DNA from: a virus
Taxonomy: Duplodnaviria; Caudoviricetes
IMG/VR virus record: IMGVR_UViG_3300025115_000633
Span: 1 to 62,627 of that record
DNA: 62,627 nucleotides
Strand: one strand, 5' to 3'
This document shows positions 18,758 to 27,813 of this stretch, piece after piece. Both the position numbers and the translations under genes were made by a program. The notes under the pieces are model-generated. The model worked only from the letters and a program-made list of their open reading frames with translations. It made no database searches and was not told the DNA's origin. Position 1 is the first letter of the stretch. The number at the start of each line of letters is the position of its first letter.

Positions 18758-21480
18758 TGGCTGACATCGTTTTGGTTGCTGCAGGCAACGGAACAGCGGC
18801 TAACGCTTGGTCAACTTGTAATAGCGGCTCGCCGCCAGCGGCAGGCGATCTTATTTATCTATCGAATAATGGTTGTATTCTTGCGTTAGATGGCGGTGAT
18901 GGGGCAACTTATACTTGTGCGTCGATTAGGGCAAGGACTACTGGTGGTGGATATACGTCAGGGTCAATCAATCATAACAATTATACAAATTACACTCTCG
19001 CGTGTGACCTTTATGGCGGGTCGGTAGGCACAACTCTATTGACTAATCCAGCCGGTAAAAACATTATTTCTATCGGAAAGATATACGGCGGTCATACAAC
19101 AACAGCCGGAGTAGTCGCAGGTGCGGGGACTATTGGCTCGATTGCAGGCTGCTATGGCGGAACTGCCAGTAGTTCTATGGCGTTGTTCGTCACAGGGACT
19201 GTAGGGTCGATAGGCGAGTGCATAGCATCGAATTATTTATGTGCTTCGGTAAGTGCAAATATTACCACAGGTGTCACTTTAGCGAGAGGCGGGTCAGGCA
19301 CTAACGCTCATGGCATACGAGTAGGAGGTGGCTTCAAGATAGCATCAATAACAACGGCTGAAGGCGGTAGTGGCACAGGTGCTTGTGGGGTTCGGGGCGA
19401 TTATGGAAACATCGGAGATGTTGGAACGGCAACCGGTGGGTCAGGAACGAATGCGTATGGCGTGACAATAAGCGGCTCGTCTGTGTATAGACTTGATACC
19501 GTAACCACCGCACAAGGTGGTATCGGACCTGGCGCACATGGCGTTTATGTCGATGTCGCATATACATGCAAGGGCATAGGGACTGCGATAGGCGGCGGTA
19601 ATGCAACGGCATACGGTGTTCTATGTAGAGGAACTTTGACTAACGGGGTGACGACAGCGAAAGGTGGAACCGTTGCTGGCGCACATGGTGTAGTTGTTTA
19701 TGGCCATACATCAACGGTAGATATTTCAAACTTGGACTTTAGCGGTTTTGCGACGCCAGTGGGACTTGATAAAGTCAGACTGCCAGCCAATGCTCAATTT
19801 GCTGTTAGGACGAGTGCAGGGGCAGAGATGCCGTGCATCGAAGAGGCCTCGATTGTAGCCGCCGAGAATGTTGTGTCGGGCGTCGCTCGGTATCCGTTAG
19901 GAGGCAATGGCACATACCCAACTAGTGAAAGCGTGATTGCCGATGTTATGTCATATACGAACAGCGTGCTTGAAGCAAACAAAGCGAGTATATTAAATAG
20001 CTACACCTTCACCTATGGTCCCCCATATGAACAATACGACGTTCAGGGCACTTATGACGCTTCTCTATATGTGGAGAAAACGGCTGTTGCTCCTGTTGAT
20101 GTTATTGTCAGCGGATTCTTGCGGTGGGTGGGAGGCACAGAATATGGTATTTACCCTACGACTGAAACGAGTAAGGCAGAACAATTGATTGCGGATACTG
20201 CTGAAGTTGAAGCGAATAAATCAAGTATAAAAGACGACACCACAATTCTGACCATTGCGGGAACTTATGACTTTCAAGGAGCTATCGACTCAGCGGTTGA
20301 CGCTCAACGTTCTTCTGATGAGGCAGAAGTTGTCCCCTATGCCCCTGTCATAATCGTAGGTAATACCATTCTAGGAACTGATGGCACCCACCCTACTGCC
20401 GCCACATCTAAAGCAGAGCAATTGGCAGAGGACGAGGCCGTAGTTGAAAGCAACAAAAACGGAATCCTTACCACTACGACTATTCTTGGTGTAGCAGGAA
20501 CTTTTGATGTTGATGAATATGAAGCGGCGAGAAATACAAATCCTGGGGAGGAGAACGTCAGGTTGGGCGTAACGTGGCTATACTTGGGGGATCAACAGAT
20601 AGGGGAGCTTGATGTATCCCAATGGATACCTATTTCAGATATTGTGGCTGCCGAGCATGTTGAGCAGGGGTACTATAATTACGTGGGAGGGGAAGCTGGG
20701 ACTTTTACTCATAAGCCAGAATACACGCTAATAAGTGGGGTGGTGGCTCCTGAATATGTGCTTGTTGGGCACCACAATTACCAGGGTGGCGAGGAAGGGG
20801 AGTTCGATGAGCAGGCACGGAACACTAATCCTGGACAACAGAATGTGTTGGCAAATATATCTTATAAGGTTTGGGGTGTAAGTTATTCGGGAGGTTTGGT
20901 TTACACTATACCTTCACCTGTGCCACCTACGCCGTTACCTCCAGGCGGGTGGGAAACTTTCTCTCCGGCTACACCTGTTGCCCCATCAATGAACTTCCCG
21001 AGGCTTGCCGATATCGACAATGCCTACAGGATGTTAAAGAACATGGGGGACTGGTATTACCCTGAGATTACGTACAAAGAGCTTATTATCCCTGATAGGG
21101 CTGAAATTGATGATATTCATCTCGAAGCCTCAGAGACGAGAAAGCGGTTTAAGCTGCCGATTAAGGTCAGGGCGTATATCCATCCCGATCCAGTTACCCA
21201 GTCTCTTACCAATTTTGGGTTGGAAGAGAGACGTAATGTGACGATGTCGATGACTGTGCCACATATGATTGATGCAGGTTTGGCTACAAGGGATGTTAAA
21301 ACAGGGGAGATATCCGTATTGGCTAAGATAGGGGATAGGTTCTGGCACTCAGAGAGTGTTCAGTATGATGTGCTGGAGGTAAAGAGAAGCAAGATGTTCG
21401 GGCTAACGGATATCCCGTTGACGTTTGATTTCGTTGCGGAACGTTTCCGCTTGGAATCTACGCCATATGAGGGGGTGTAA
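18757..21480 (+). CDS. fibre-like repeat protein with C-terminal gp14-like neck/head-closure domain
   Basis: Gly-rich AxGGxGxxAxGV repeats; internal repeats; C-terminal DDIHLE...LTNFGL...KIGDRF...YDVLEV pattern. Confidence 0.65.
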   Translation: MADIVLVAAGNGTAANAWSTCNSGSPPAAGDLIYLSNNGCILALDGGDGATYTCASIRARTTGGGYTSGSINHNNYTNYTLACDLYGGSVGTTLLTNPAGKNIISIGKIYGGHTTTAGVVAGAGTIGSIAGCYGGTASSSMALFVTGTVGSIGECIASNYLCASVSANITTGVTLARGGSGTNAHGIRVGGGFKIASITTAEGGSGTGACGVRGDYGNIGDVGTATGGSGTNAYGVTISGSSVYRLDTVTTAQGGIGPGAHGVYVDVAYTCKGIGTAIGGGNATAYGVLCRGTLTNGVTTAKGGTVAGAHGVVVYGHTSTVDISNLDFSGFATPVGLDKVRLPANAQFAVRTSAGAEMPCIEEASIVAAENVVSGVARYPLGGNGTYPTSESVIADVMSYTNSVLEANKASILNSYTFTYGPPYEQYDVQGTYDASLYVEKTAVAPVDVIVSGFLRWVGGTEYGIYPTTETSKAEQLIADTAEVEANKSSIKDDTTILTIAGTYDFQGAIDSAVDAQRSSDEAEVVPYAPVIIVGNTILGTDGTHPTAATSKAEQLAEDEAVVESNKNGILTTTTILGVAGTFDVDEYEAARNTNPGEENVRLGVTWLYLGDQQIGELDVSQWIPISDIVAAEHVEQGYYNYVGGEAGTFTHKPEYTLISGVVAPEYVLVGHHNYQGGEEGEFDEQARNTNPGQQNVLANISYKVWGVSYSGGLVYTIPSPVPPTPLPPGGWETFSPATPVAPSMNFPRLADIDNAYRMLKNMGDWYYPEITYKELIIPDRAEIDDIHLEASETRKRFKLPIKVRAYIHPDPVTQSLTNFGLEERRNVTMSMTVPHMIDAGLATRDVKTGEISVLAKIGDRFWHSESVQYDVLEVKRSKMFGLTDIPLTFDFVAERFRLESTPYEGV

Positions 21481-22778
21481 TGGCTGAAACAGTTGTTCAA
21501 CGACCTCCCACATGGACAGGGGCACAAACTGTTCTTTTGAACACCGCTGGTTTGACGTGGATGGTTGACCAGTATATCTCAAGTACAAAATCGGCTTTAT
21601 CTCAGTGGTGGGCATATTGGTGGAATGAATTTAGTAAAGTAGCGAAGAATCCTGCACAAGTTCAAAAGGTGAGAGAAAAGTATCTTTCTCAGTTCTCTGA
21701 AACCTCGAAACGGGGTTTTTCTTGTAAGATCATAAATTTTTCTGCCCCGCCTTCAGTAGTTGACTGGCTTAAAAAATACAAGATAAAAAAAGCTCCACCC
21801 CCTGGTTTTTTAGAGGTTTTTCCAGAGAGAGAACAGACGAGGGCTTTTCCTGCGACATCTTTGAGTACGGTGGATGGGTCTTTTGCCTATTCCGTAAAAG
21901 CAAATAAGGTAAGGTTTGGCGTTGCTTTGGGGTCCAAGTGTGCAAATTTTAATGATGTAAACCAAATGTGGAGTGAGCAATTTGCCGAAAATTTAGAGGT
22001 TAAAGTTCGGCATGAAATGGAACATTGGAATACGTTAGATAAAGAGTTTTGGAAACAAAGACATGCTGCATATATGGCAAACCCGTCAGGTTTTCAGGAG
22101 TACCAAAAAAGTGAAGAGGATTGGGGAGAGTGGGTTACAGTTTTGGATTATGCGTCCAAATTAAAAGCTAAGGGGTGGAAACGGGAAGACGCAATTAAGC
22201 AAATTGTAAAAGCATATAAAGGTTCAGGTGTTGCTCCAGATACAGAGATGGCCGCCGCAGCCTATGATGAATGCGAACAGTATCAATTTGAAACCAAGTA
22301 TGCTCGAATAGAGAGGTTGGTGGATGCGGTTTTATTGGAGCTTAAAACTCCAGACGATGAAGGATCTCCAAACTTAATTCTCCCCGCAGGAACAAAGTTG
22401 TATAAGAGTGTGGCTGATGATTCTTGGAGTAATACTCATTTTCCCGCCTATTTTTGGTTAGAAAAGGTTTCCGCACTTTTAAGCCATTGTTCTTTTTCGG
22501 CAAACAAACCTTTTGTGGTTATAGCGGAGACGACTAAAGACCTCCGGCTTTTTGATGTTGCTTACGATTGGGCGTTTAATTTGACAGGAATAGATGAATT
22601 TGACTCTGAAATTATAAAGCAACTCCGGCTTAAAGGGTATAGCGGAACTTTAAGGCGAGATACGGATAGATATAGACGTGACGCAAATGGCGTTTGTGCA
22701 ACAGACACGGCGATTGCTCTTTTAGACGGAGATAGCGTAAACGTTGTAAACGTAGAAAAAAAGCCTGTTAGACATTAA
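21480..22778 (+). CDS. polyvalent-type protein: HExxH motif plus C-terminal ADP-ribosyltransferase/RES-like domain
   Basis: VRHEMEHW; LPAGTKLYKS...YFW...LRLFD...LRLKGYSG. Confidence 0.5.
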   Translation: MAETVVQRPPTWTGAQTVLLNTAGLTWMVDQYISSTKSALSQWWAYWWNEFSKVAKNPAQVQKVREKYLSQFSETSKRGFSCKIINFSAPPSVVDWLKKYKIKKAPPPGFLEVFPEREQTRAFPATSLSTVDGSFAYSVKANKVRFGVALGSKCANFNDVNQMWSEQFAENLEVKVRHEMEHWNTLDKEFWKQRHAAYMANPSGFQEYQKSEEDWGEWVTVLDYASKLKAKGWKREDAIKQIVKAYKGSGVAPDTEMAAAAYDECEQYQFETKYARIERLVDAVLLELKTPDDEGSPNLILPAGTKLYKSVADDSWSNTHFPAYFWLEKVSALLSHCSFSANKPFVVIAETTKDLRLFDVAYDWAFNLTGIDEFDSEIIKQLRLKGYSGTLRRDTDRYRRDANGVCATDTAIALLDGDSVNVVNVEKKPVRH

Positions 22779-22822
22779 ACAAGAGAATTTTTTGTATTCA
22801 CACGCAAAATTTAATTTTCGCA

Positions 22823-22830
22823 CGTATAAG
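22823..22830 (+). promoter_or_regulatory. candidate late-promoter element CGTATAAG before tail module
   Basis: In intergenic gap 22779-22882; matches 8804-8811. Confidence 0.4.
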
Positions 22831-22882
22831 TAATTAGTACGAGATTCTTGCTTTAGTATGACCGCTTAGTACGAGTGCTGAT

Positions 22883-23356
22883 TTGAATTTAGATCTCAAG
22901 ATAGCCGCCAATCCCAGTATTGCTGACGCAGCGATGGCTGAATTCCACGAGAAGTTCCTCAAAGACGTTCTGCCGTTACTTATGGAAGCTGTGGCGAATA
23001 TTGTGGTGAGCAATATCGAGAGCAAGATGCACTCGTATCAGCCTAGTGCTGAGGCGATTGAAGCGTGGCCTGTTCTGGAAGATATAAGTGCTTTCATAAG
23101 TGTTTTATCCTCAACAGTTAAAGTGAAAAGTGATAAAGCTGGGGTATATGTGGTCGCTGACCCCAAGGAGATGCTTAACCAAGGAATGGATCCCTTATGG
23201 ATTGCCAGGGCTGAGGAAGGGTCGAGTTTAACCCCTGCTTTTTATATGTGGGATTCTGCGGCTAAACTGTTTGCCTCAAACCCAGCGTTAGCAAACGCTA
23301 TTCTTCAAGAATCACTTGAAAAAATCGTGATGTCGAAATATGTCAATGAGGTTTGA
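22883..23356 (+). CDS. hypothetical protein (tail module)
   Basis: ORF at start of tail operon. Confidence 0.6.
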   Translation: MNLDLKIAANPSIADAAMAEFHEKFLKDVLPLLMEAVANIVVSNIESKMHSYQPSAEAIEAWPVLEDISAFISVLSSTVKVKSDKAGVYVVADPKEMLNQGMDPLWIARAEEGSSLTPAFYMWDSAAKLFASNPALANAILQESLEKIVMSKYVNEV

Positions 23357-23660
23357 TGACATTGTTGAGGCTTATAGGTGTTGGGTCAGGGATTTGGCGT
23401 ATAAGGCCGAGAGGTGGGGCGCCGACGACCTGTTGGAGATGATTGATAGCCTGCCTGAGCAAAGAACCGCTGCGGGTTGTTCAGGACATCTGAAAGCTGT
23501 TTTGAGGACTATACCGTCAAATGTGCGGTTTGAGAAGGATATGAAGAAAGCCAAGGCGTTTGAGGCAACATTGAAAGGTTTGGTTAATAGGGAAGAGTTG
23601 ATGTCTGTCGACGATGCCGTAATCGAGCTTTTAGTGGACAGGATGTTCGATGATAAATAA
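23340..23660 (+). CDS. hypothetical protein
   Basis: Overlap-coupled ORF. Confidence 0.6.
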   Translation: MSMRFDDIVEAYRCWVRDLAYKAERWGADDLLEMIDSLPEQRTAAGCSGHLKAVLRTIPSNVRFEKDMKKAKAFEATLKGLVNREELMSVDDAVIELLVDRMFDDK

Positions 23661-24402
23661 TACCGAACTTCTGACACAGATTCAAACCGAGCAAGGCGCT
23701 GACGTTACGGATATTTATGGACCTTGCGATAAAGCCCTTGTCCGCTGGCTTCATACTATAAAATATGAGAATAAGCCCATTCTTATGTGTTTTGCAAGCC
23801 CAGAACGAGCCTTCGCTCAGATTGGTCAACAGATTAAAGAGCGTAACAGGCTTGATGCTCCCCCTAAAGTGATACCCCTGCCCTTCGGTTCTGTGGATAG
23901 GACGGATCATCAATATGACCATACCCGGTATGTAGCACATGGCGAGTTACACCGAATGTGGGTCAGGAAGGACGGGCAAAAGTTTATAGGTCAATCGGCT
24001 ATGCCGCAGCCCATAAAGTTGACATATCAGGTGAATTTTTGGGCACGTTTGCTAAAGGATTTGGACATTATAATGTCTCAGATAGTTAAACAGTTGAGGG
24101 CAAATGAAATATATTTGATGACGCAATATGCTATGCCTGAAGGTGTTCTAAAGATGCACGTAACTCTTGAGGGGATTAAGAGCTTATCCAATCTGGAACC
24201 TGAAGCCGGCCAGCGGGTCCTGCGCCGTGGCTTTACGTTTAACGTGGACGGGTGGATACCTATGCCGCCTGTCGAATATGGCATCGTCGAAACGGTCACT
24301 GTTGACATCGACGATATTACAACGAGCAGGAGCTTGGACAGTGGTACTGTCACTACTGCCGAAGTGGAAACGCCCGACTGGGCACAGGAGGTTGGTTTAT
24401 GA
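23650..24402 (+). CDS. tail terminator/sheath stabiliser, T4 gp15-like
   Basis: FASPER...IPLP...PQPIKLTYQVNFWAR...DGWI; immediately before sheath. Confidence 0.75.
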   Translation: MINNTELLTQIQTEQGADVTDIYGPCDKALVRWLHTIKYENKPILMCFASPERAFAQIGQQIKERNRLDAPPKVIPLPFGSVDRTDHQYDHTRYVAHGELHRMWVRKDGQKFIGQSAMPQPIKLTYQVNFWARLLKDLDIIMSQIVKQLRANEIYLMTQYAMPEGVLKMHVTLEGIKSLSNLEPEAGQRVLRRGFTFNVDGWIPMPPVEYGIVETVTVDIDDITTSRSLDSGTVTTAEVETPDWAQEVGL

Positions 24403-25919
24403 TTATCGTATCGCCTGGCATTTATGGCGTGGAGCGTTCCTATGCAGCGTATGCGCCGGCAATCTCCACAAGCGTCTTAGCCATCGTGTCGTCGGCAAGC
24501 AAAGGTCCGGTGAATACTCCGACGATGATTACGGACATCAACTCGTTAATCAGCACTTTCGGCACACCTTCCATTAACCATTATGGAGTGTTAGCCGCAG
24601 TGGAGTATCTGAAACGAGGGAGGCAGTGTTTGTTTATCCGTGTTGCCACGTATGATGTTACCGCAGATAACGTCATACGAAATGAGGCAGACAGTGCAGA
24701 TGCATGTGCTGTTGAAGCTACATCCAGTGGCAGCTGGGGCAACAGCATCTCTGTCGTGGTCGGAGCTGGCCGTGATGCCAACACCTACAAGATTACGGTC
24801 AAGTATGGTGGCTACACTGTGGAGACGTTTGACCTTCTGCGAGTAGGGACTGCAAACGTCGAACACCAGAATTACTGGGCTACCCGCATCAATGGGGTGA
24901 GCAATTATATCATCTTGACCGACATAGATGATACTCAGACTACTCTCAAGACCAGCACTACAGCTATTCAGCTTGAAGATGGGGAGGATGGTGCCCCGAC
25001 AGACGTATCAGACGTTGTTGGTGTAGCTGGATCCCCGCCGGCTGTTCCTACGACAGGAATGCAGCATCTGCGTAATACTGAGAGATGGCAGATTAATATG
25101 ATGGCGGTTCCTGGACGCACGGATGCGGCTATTGTAGCTGAGTTGCTTTCTATAGCCGAAGAACGTGCTGATTGCCTTGCCATTATTGACCCTCCGTATG
25201 GCTATTCCGTGCAACAGGTCGTGGACTGGCATAACGGCAGTTTTGAGGGCATGACGTTGGATTCGTCCTATGCGGCTCTCTACTGGCCGTGGTTGCAGGT
25301 GTATGATGCATATAGTCAAAGCAATATATGGGTGCCTCCGAGTGGGCATGTGGCGGCAGCTATGGCATATACCGATTATGTAGCTGATCCGTGGTATGCC
25401 CCTGCTGGTCAGAGTCGTGGTCAGCTGTTTAATATTATCGAGCTTGAGCATTCTCCGACTCAAGGTGAACGTGATTACATGTACGCCAACGGCAACGCTG
25501 TTAATCCGATAGTTGCCTTCTTACGCCAGAGTCCGATGATCTGGGGGCAGAGAACCCTGCACCGTCAGGCAGACCCTACTGACAGGATACATGTACGCAG
25601 GATGCTCAACTATCTCAAGACCCGTGTTCTTGCAGGTGCGAAGGTTTGTATCTTTGAGCCCAACGACGAGACCACGTGGGCTGTGTTCCGTCAGGTAGCG
25701 GAGTCGGTGTGTGCCGAAATCGCCGGTCGTCGTGGCCTAGACGCCTATCAGGTCATCTGTGACGAGACCACTAACCCCGAAACTTTGCGTGAACGCAATG
25801 AGATGCATGCGAACATTCTGATTGCCCCAACGCATTGTGCGGAAATGATTTCGGTTGAGTTCTCGATTGTTGCCAGTGCCGCAAGCTTTAACGAGTTTGT
25901 GGTTGGAAGTACTGTCTGA
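24399..25919 (+). CDS. contractile tail sheath protein
   Basis: VSPGIY, KGPVNTP, YAALYWPW, VPPSGH, WYAPAG, WGQRTL, IHVRR, FEPNDETTW. Confidence 0.96.
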   Translation: MIIVSPGIYGVERSYAAYAPAISTSVLAIVSSASKGPVNTPTMITDINSLISTFGTPSINHYGVLAAVEYLKRGRQCLFIRVATYDVTADNVIRNEADSADACAVEATSSGSWGNSISVVVGAGRDANTYKITVKYGGYTVETFDLLRVGTANVEHQNYWATRINGVSNYIILTDIDDTQTTLKTSTTAIQLEDGEDGAPTDVSDVVGVAGSPPAVPTTGMQHLRNTERWQINMMAVPGRTDAAIVAELLSIAEERADCLAIIDPPYGYSVQQVVDWHNGSFEGMTLDSSYAALYWPWLQVYDAYSQSNIWVPPSGHVAAAMAYTDYVADPWYAPAGQSRGQLFNIIELEHSPTQGERDYMYANGNAVNPIVAFLRQSPMIWGQRTLHRQADPTDRIHVRRMLNYLKTRVLAGAKVCIFEPNDETTWAVFRQVAESVCAEIAGRRGLDAYQVICDETTNPETLRERNEMHANILIAPTHCAEMISVEFSIVASAASFNEFVVGSTV

Positions 25920-25934
25920 TAACTGGAGAGCTTT

Positions 25935-26204
25935 GTGTACATGCTTCCTGATTTACACAAAAGACGATCCCTGCTAAAAGCTGTTAATTGTGACCTATCT
26001 GTAGAACAGTGGGAAGCAATTAAGAGAGGGCAGAACGGCAGGTGTGCGATGTGCGGAAAGGCGGTTCAACTGACTAAAGATTGTGTCATTCCAGTTAGCC
26101 GTGGCGGGGCTTATACCGCCAGCAATGTGCAAGGATTATGTAGATCCTGCAATTCGAGGAAAAAGGATAGGTTGCTCTCTGAAATGATGGCAGCCACGTT
26201 TTAA
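25935..26204 (+). CDS. HNH endonuclease-fold protein, catalytic His apparently replaced by Cys
   Basis: CAMC...KDCVIPVSRGG...NVQGLCRSCNSRK versus canonical DHxxPxxxGG...N...CxxCN. Confidence 0.8.
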   Translation: MYMLPDLHKRRSLLKAVNCDLSVEQWEAIKRGQNGRCAMCGKAVQLTKDCVIPVSRGGAYTASNVQGLCRSCNSRKKDRLLSEMMAATF

Positions 26205-26215
26205 GGAGTACTACC

Positions 26216-26779
26216 ATCGACTATATTAGCGCCGATCATATTGCGAAAGCTGGAGGTAGGTACGAGCCGCAACGTACCAACAATTTCACTGTGGTTATTT
26301 CGCCTCCTCAGGGTATGGGAGCGGCAAACGGTGACGCTAATGCTAATAAGCTTATCAAGTTCAGTCTTGACTCTTTCCCGATGCCCACAGAGGAAAATGC
26401 CGAGATTAAGCTCCCGTACGGCAACGAGTTCCGTTATGTTGCCGGGATGACAACTTTCTCGGATGAAACTCTGGTCATCAAGGACTTTTGTGATATAGCA
26501 ACGTCCTCGATGGTGGACAAATGGCGTCGTGCTGTGTATGATCCCGACACCGGTGAAATCGGTTTGGCGAAGAACTACAAGTGCGACGGCGAGGTCTGGA
26601 TGTTCGGACCTGGTGGCATTCAGCAGTTTTGCCGTAAGTGGAAGCTTTGGGGCGTATGGCCTAAGTCCGTAAAGTTCGGCGAAGGCAAGATGGGCGATGC
26701 TACGGACAACAAAATCACCATCGTCCTCAAAGTTGACAAGATCACGTTCCTTGGACAGCAGGGCGCAACAAACGCCTAA
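26216..26779 (+). CDS. tail tube protein, T4 gp19-like (proposed ATC start)
   Basis: YEPQRTNNFTV lies upstream of the tracked GTG 26291; W...YDPDTG...YK, WKLWGVWP; AAGGAG 7 nt before in-frame ATC 26216. Confidence 0.85.
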   Translation: MDYISADHIAKAGGRYEPQRTNNFTVVISPPQGMGAANGDANANKLIKFSLDSFPMPTEENAEIKLPYGNEFRYVAGMTTFSDETLVIKDFCDIATSSMVDKWRRAVYDPDTGEIGLAKNYKCDGEVWMFGPGGIQQFCRKWKLWGVWPKSVKFGEGKMGDATDNKITIVLKVDKITFLGQQGATNA

Positions 26780-26807
26780 GCTTAACACTTTTAATGAGGG
26801 GTAAATT

Positions 26808-27599
26808 ATGAGTACGTTTGGTATGAATGGTTCGTCCGGTTCGCCGATTGATGCCTTTGTAGAGGAAGTAGCACTGCCGAGTAAGGGTGTGCTTTATGAA
26901 GGCAAAATGCCAGACGGCAAGGTTAAGATTCGGCCCCTGACCACGGCCGAGGAGAAAATTCTTCTCGGCCAAGGTCAGGATCGGCTGACCTTGTTCGATA
27001 AGGCTCTCGAGCAGTGTTTGATTAATCTGCCGATTCCTTACAATGAGCTTCTTATTGGCGACAAGCTGTTCTTGTTCTTCTTCCTTCGGGGCATAACCTG
27101 GGGTTTTGAGTATTCCCCCACGTTCCGTTGCTCGGAGTGTCGGAAGGATTTCAGGCACACTTTGAAAGTGCCTGATGACCTTCGTATCCGTCAACTGAAT
27201 GAGGCGGACGATAAGGAGCCTTTCACGGTGGTTCTGCCGAAGTGTAAGAAGACTGTCCAGCTTCGCCTTCTTCGTATCTATGACGAGAAGGAGATAGAGG
27301 CTCGTGTCAAGGAAGACATTAAACGAGGACTATCAGGTATCGGAGACCCGTCGTATATCCACACCCTTTCGATGTATATTGTTTCAATCGACGGGCAAGA
27401 GGCTTCCGCTATCGAAGCTTTTAACTTCTGTTCACATATGCATAGTATGGACAGTGCTGCTGTTAGGACAGAAATTGAGAAGCACGACTGTGGCGGCGAC
27501 TTCATGCTCCGACTTACTTGCCCTCATTGTGGAGCCAGGATTGAGCAGATGCTCCCGTTCGAGACCGACTTTTTTCGTCCAAGCCCTTCCAGAGTATGA
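26808..27599 (+). CDS. baseplate hub assembly / tail chaperone, T4 gp26-like
   Basis: VALPSKG...IRPLTTAEEKILL, CSEC and CPHC; between tube and tape-measure genes. Confidence 0.8.
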   Translation: MSTFGMNGSSGSPIDAFVEEVALPSKGVLYEGKMPDGKVKIRPLTTAEEKILLGQGQDRLTLFDKALEQCLINLPIPYNELLIGDKLFLFFFLRGITWGFEYSPTFRCSECRKDFRHTLKVPDDLRIRQLNEADDKEPFTVVLPKCKKTVQLRLLRIYDEKEIEARVKEDIKRGLSGIGDPSYIHTLSMYIVSIDGQEASAIEAFNFCSHMHSMDSAAVRTEIEKHDCGGDFMLRLTCPHCGARIEQMLPFETDFFRPSPSRV

Positions 27600-27813
27600 G
27601 GGTAAATACGTAAAAGCCGGGGACTCGGCTGGAGCTATTCTTGAAGCCCAAGTCCTGCTTTCCAAGATGGTATATATCAGCATAGATGTTTCTGACAGAC
27701 TTAGCGTACCTGCTCGTCGTAAAGCGGTTCACGTTGTTGAAGGCGTGTTGAAGGATGAGCAGGAGGTGATGGATAAATCCATGCGGGCAGACAACTCTGG
27801 ATCACCGTTTTAA
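27571..27813 (+). CDS. gp51/GT-like chaperone extension in +1 frame, probably made by frameshift
   Basis: Open +1 frame from the T-run at 27570-27575 to TAA 27813; ILEAQVLLSKMVYIS...DRLSVPARR resembles gp51-like helical motif; no convincing SD plus start. Confidence 0.55.
   Translation, partial: FFVQALPEYEGKYVKAGDSAGAILEAQVLLSKMVYISIDVSDRLSVPARRKAVHVVEGVLKDEQEVMDKSMRADNSGSPF

Noticed and set aside
25920-26215. Group I intron carrying the HNH gene
   Set aside because: Only about 15 nt and 11 nt of non-coding flank, so no room for a ribozyme core; the sheath gene ends normally
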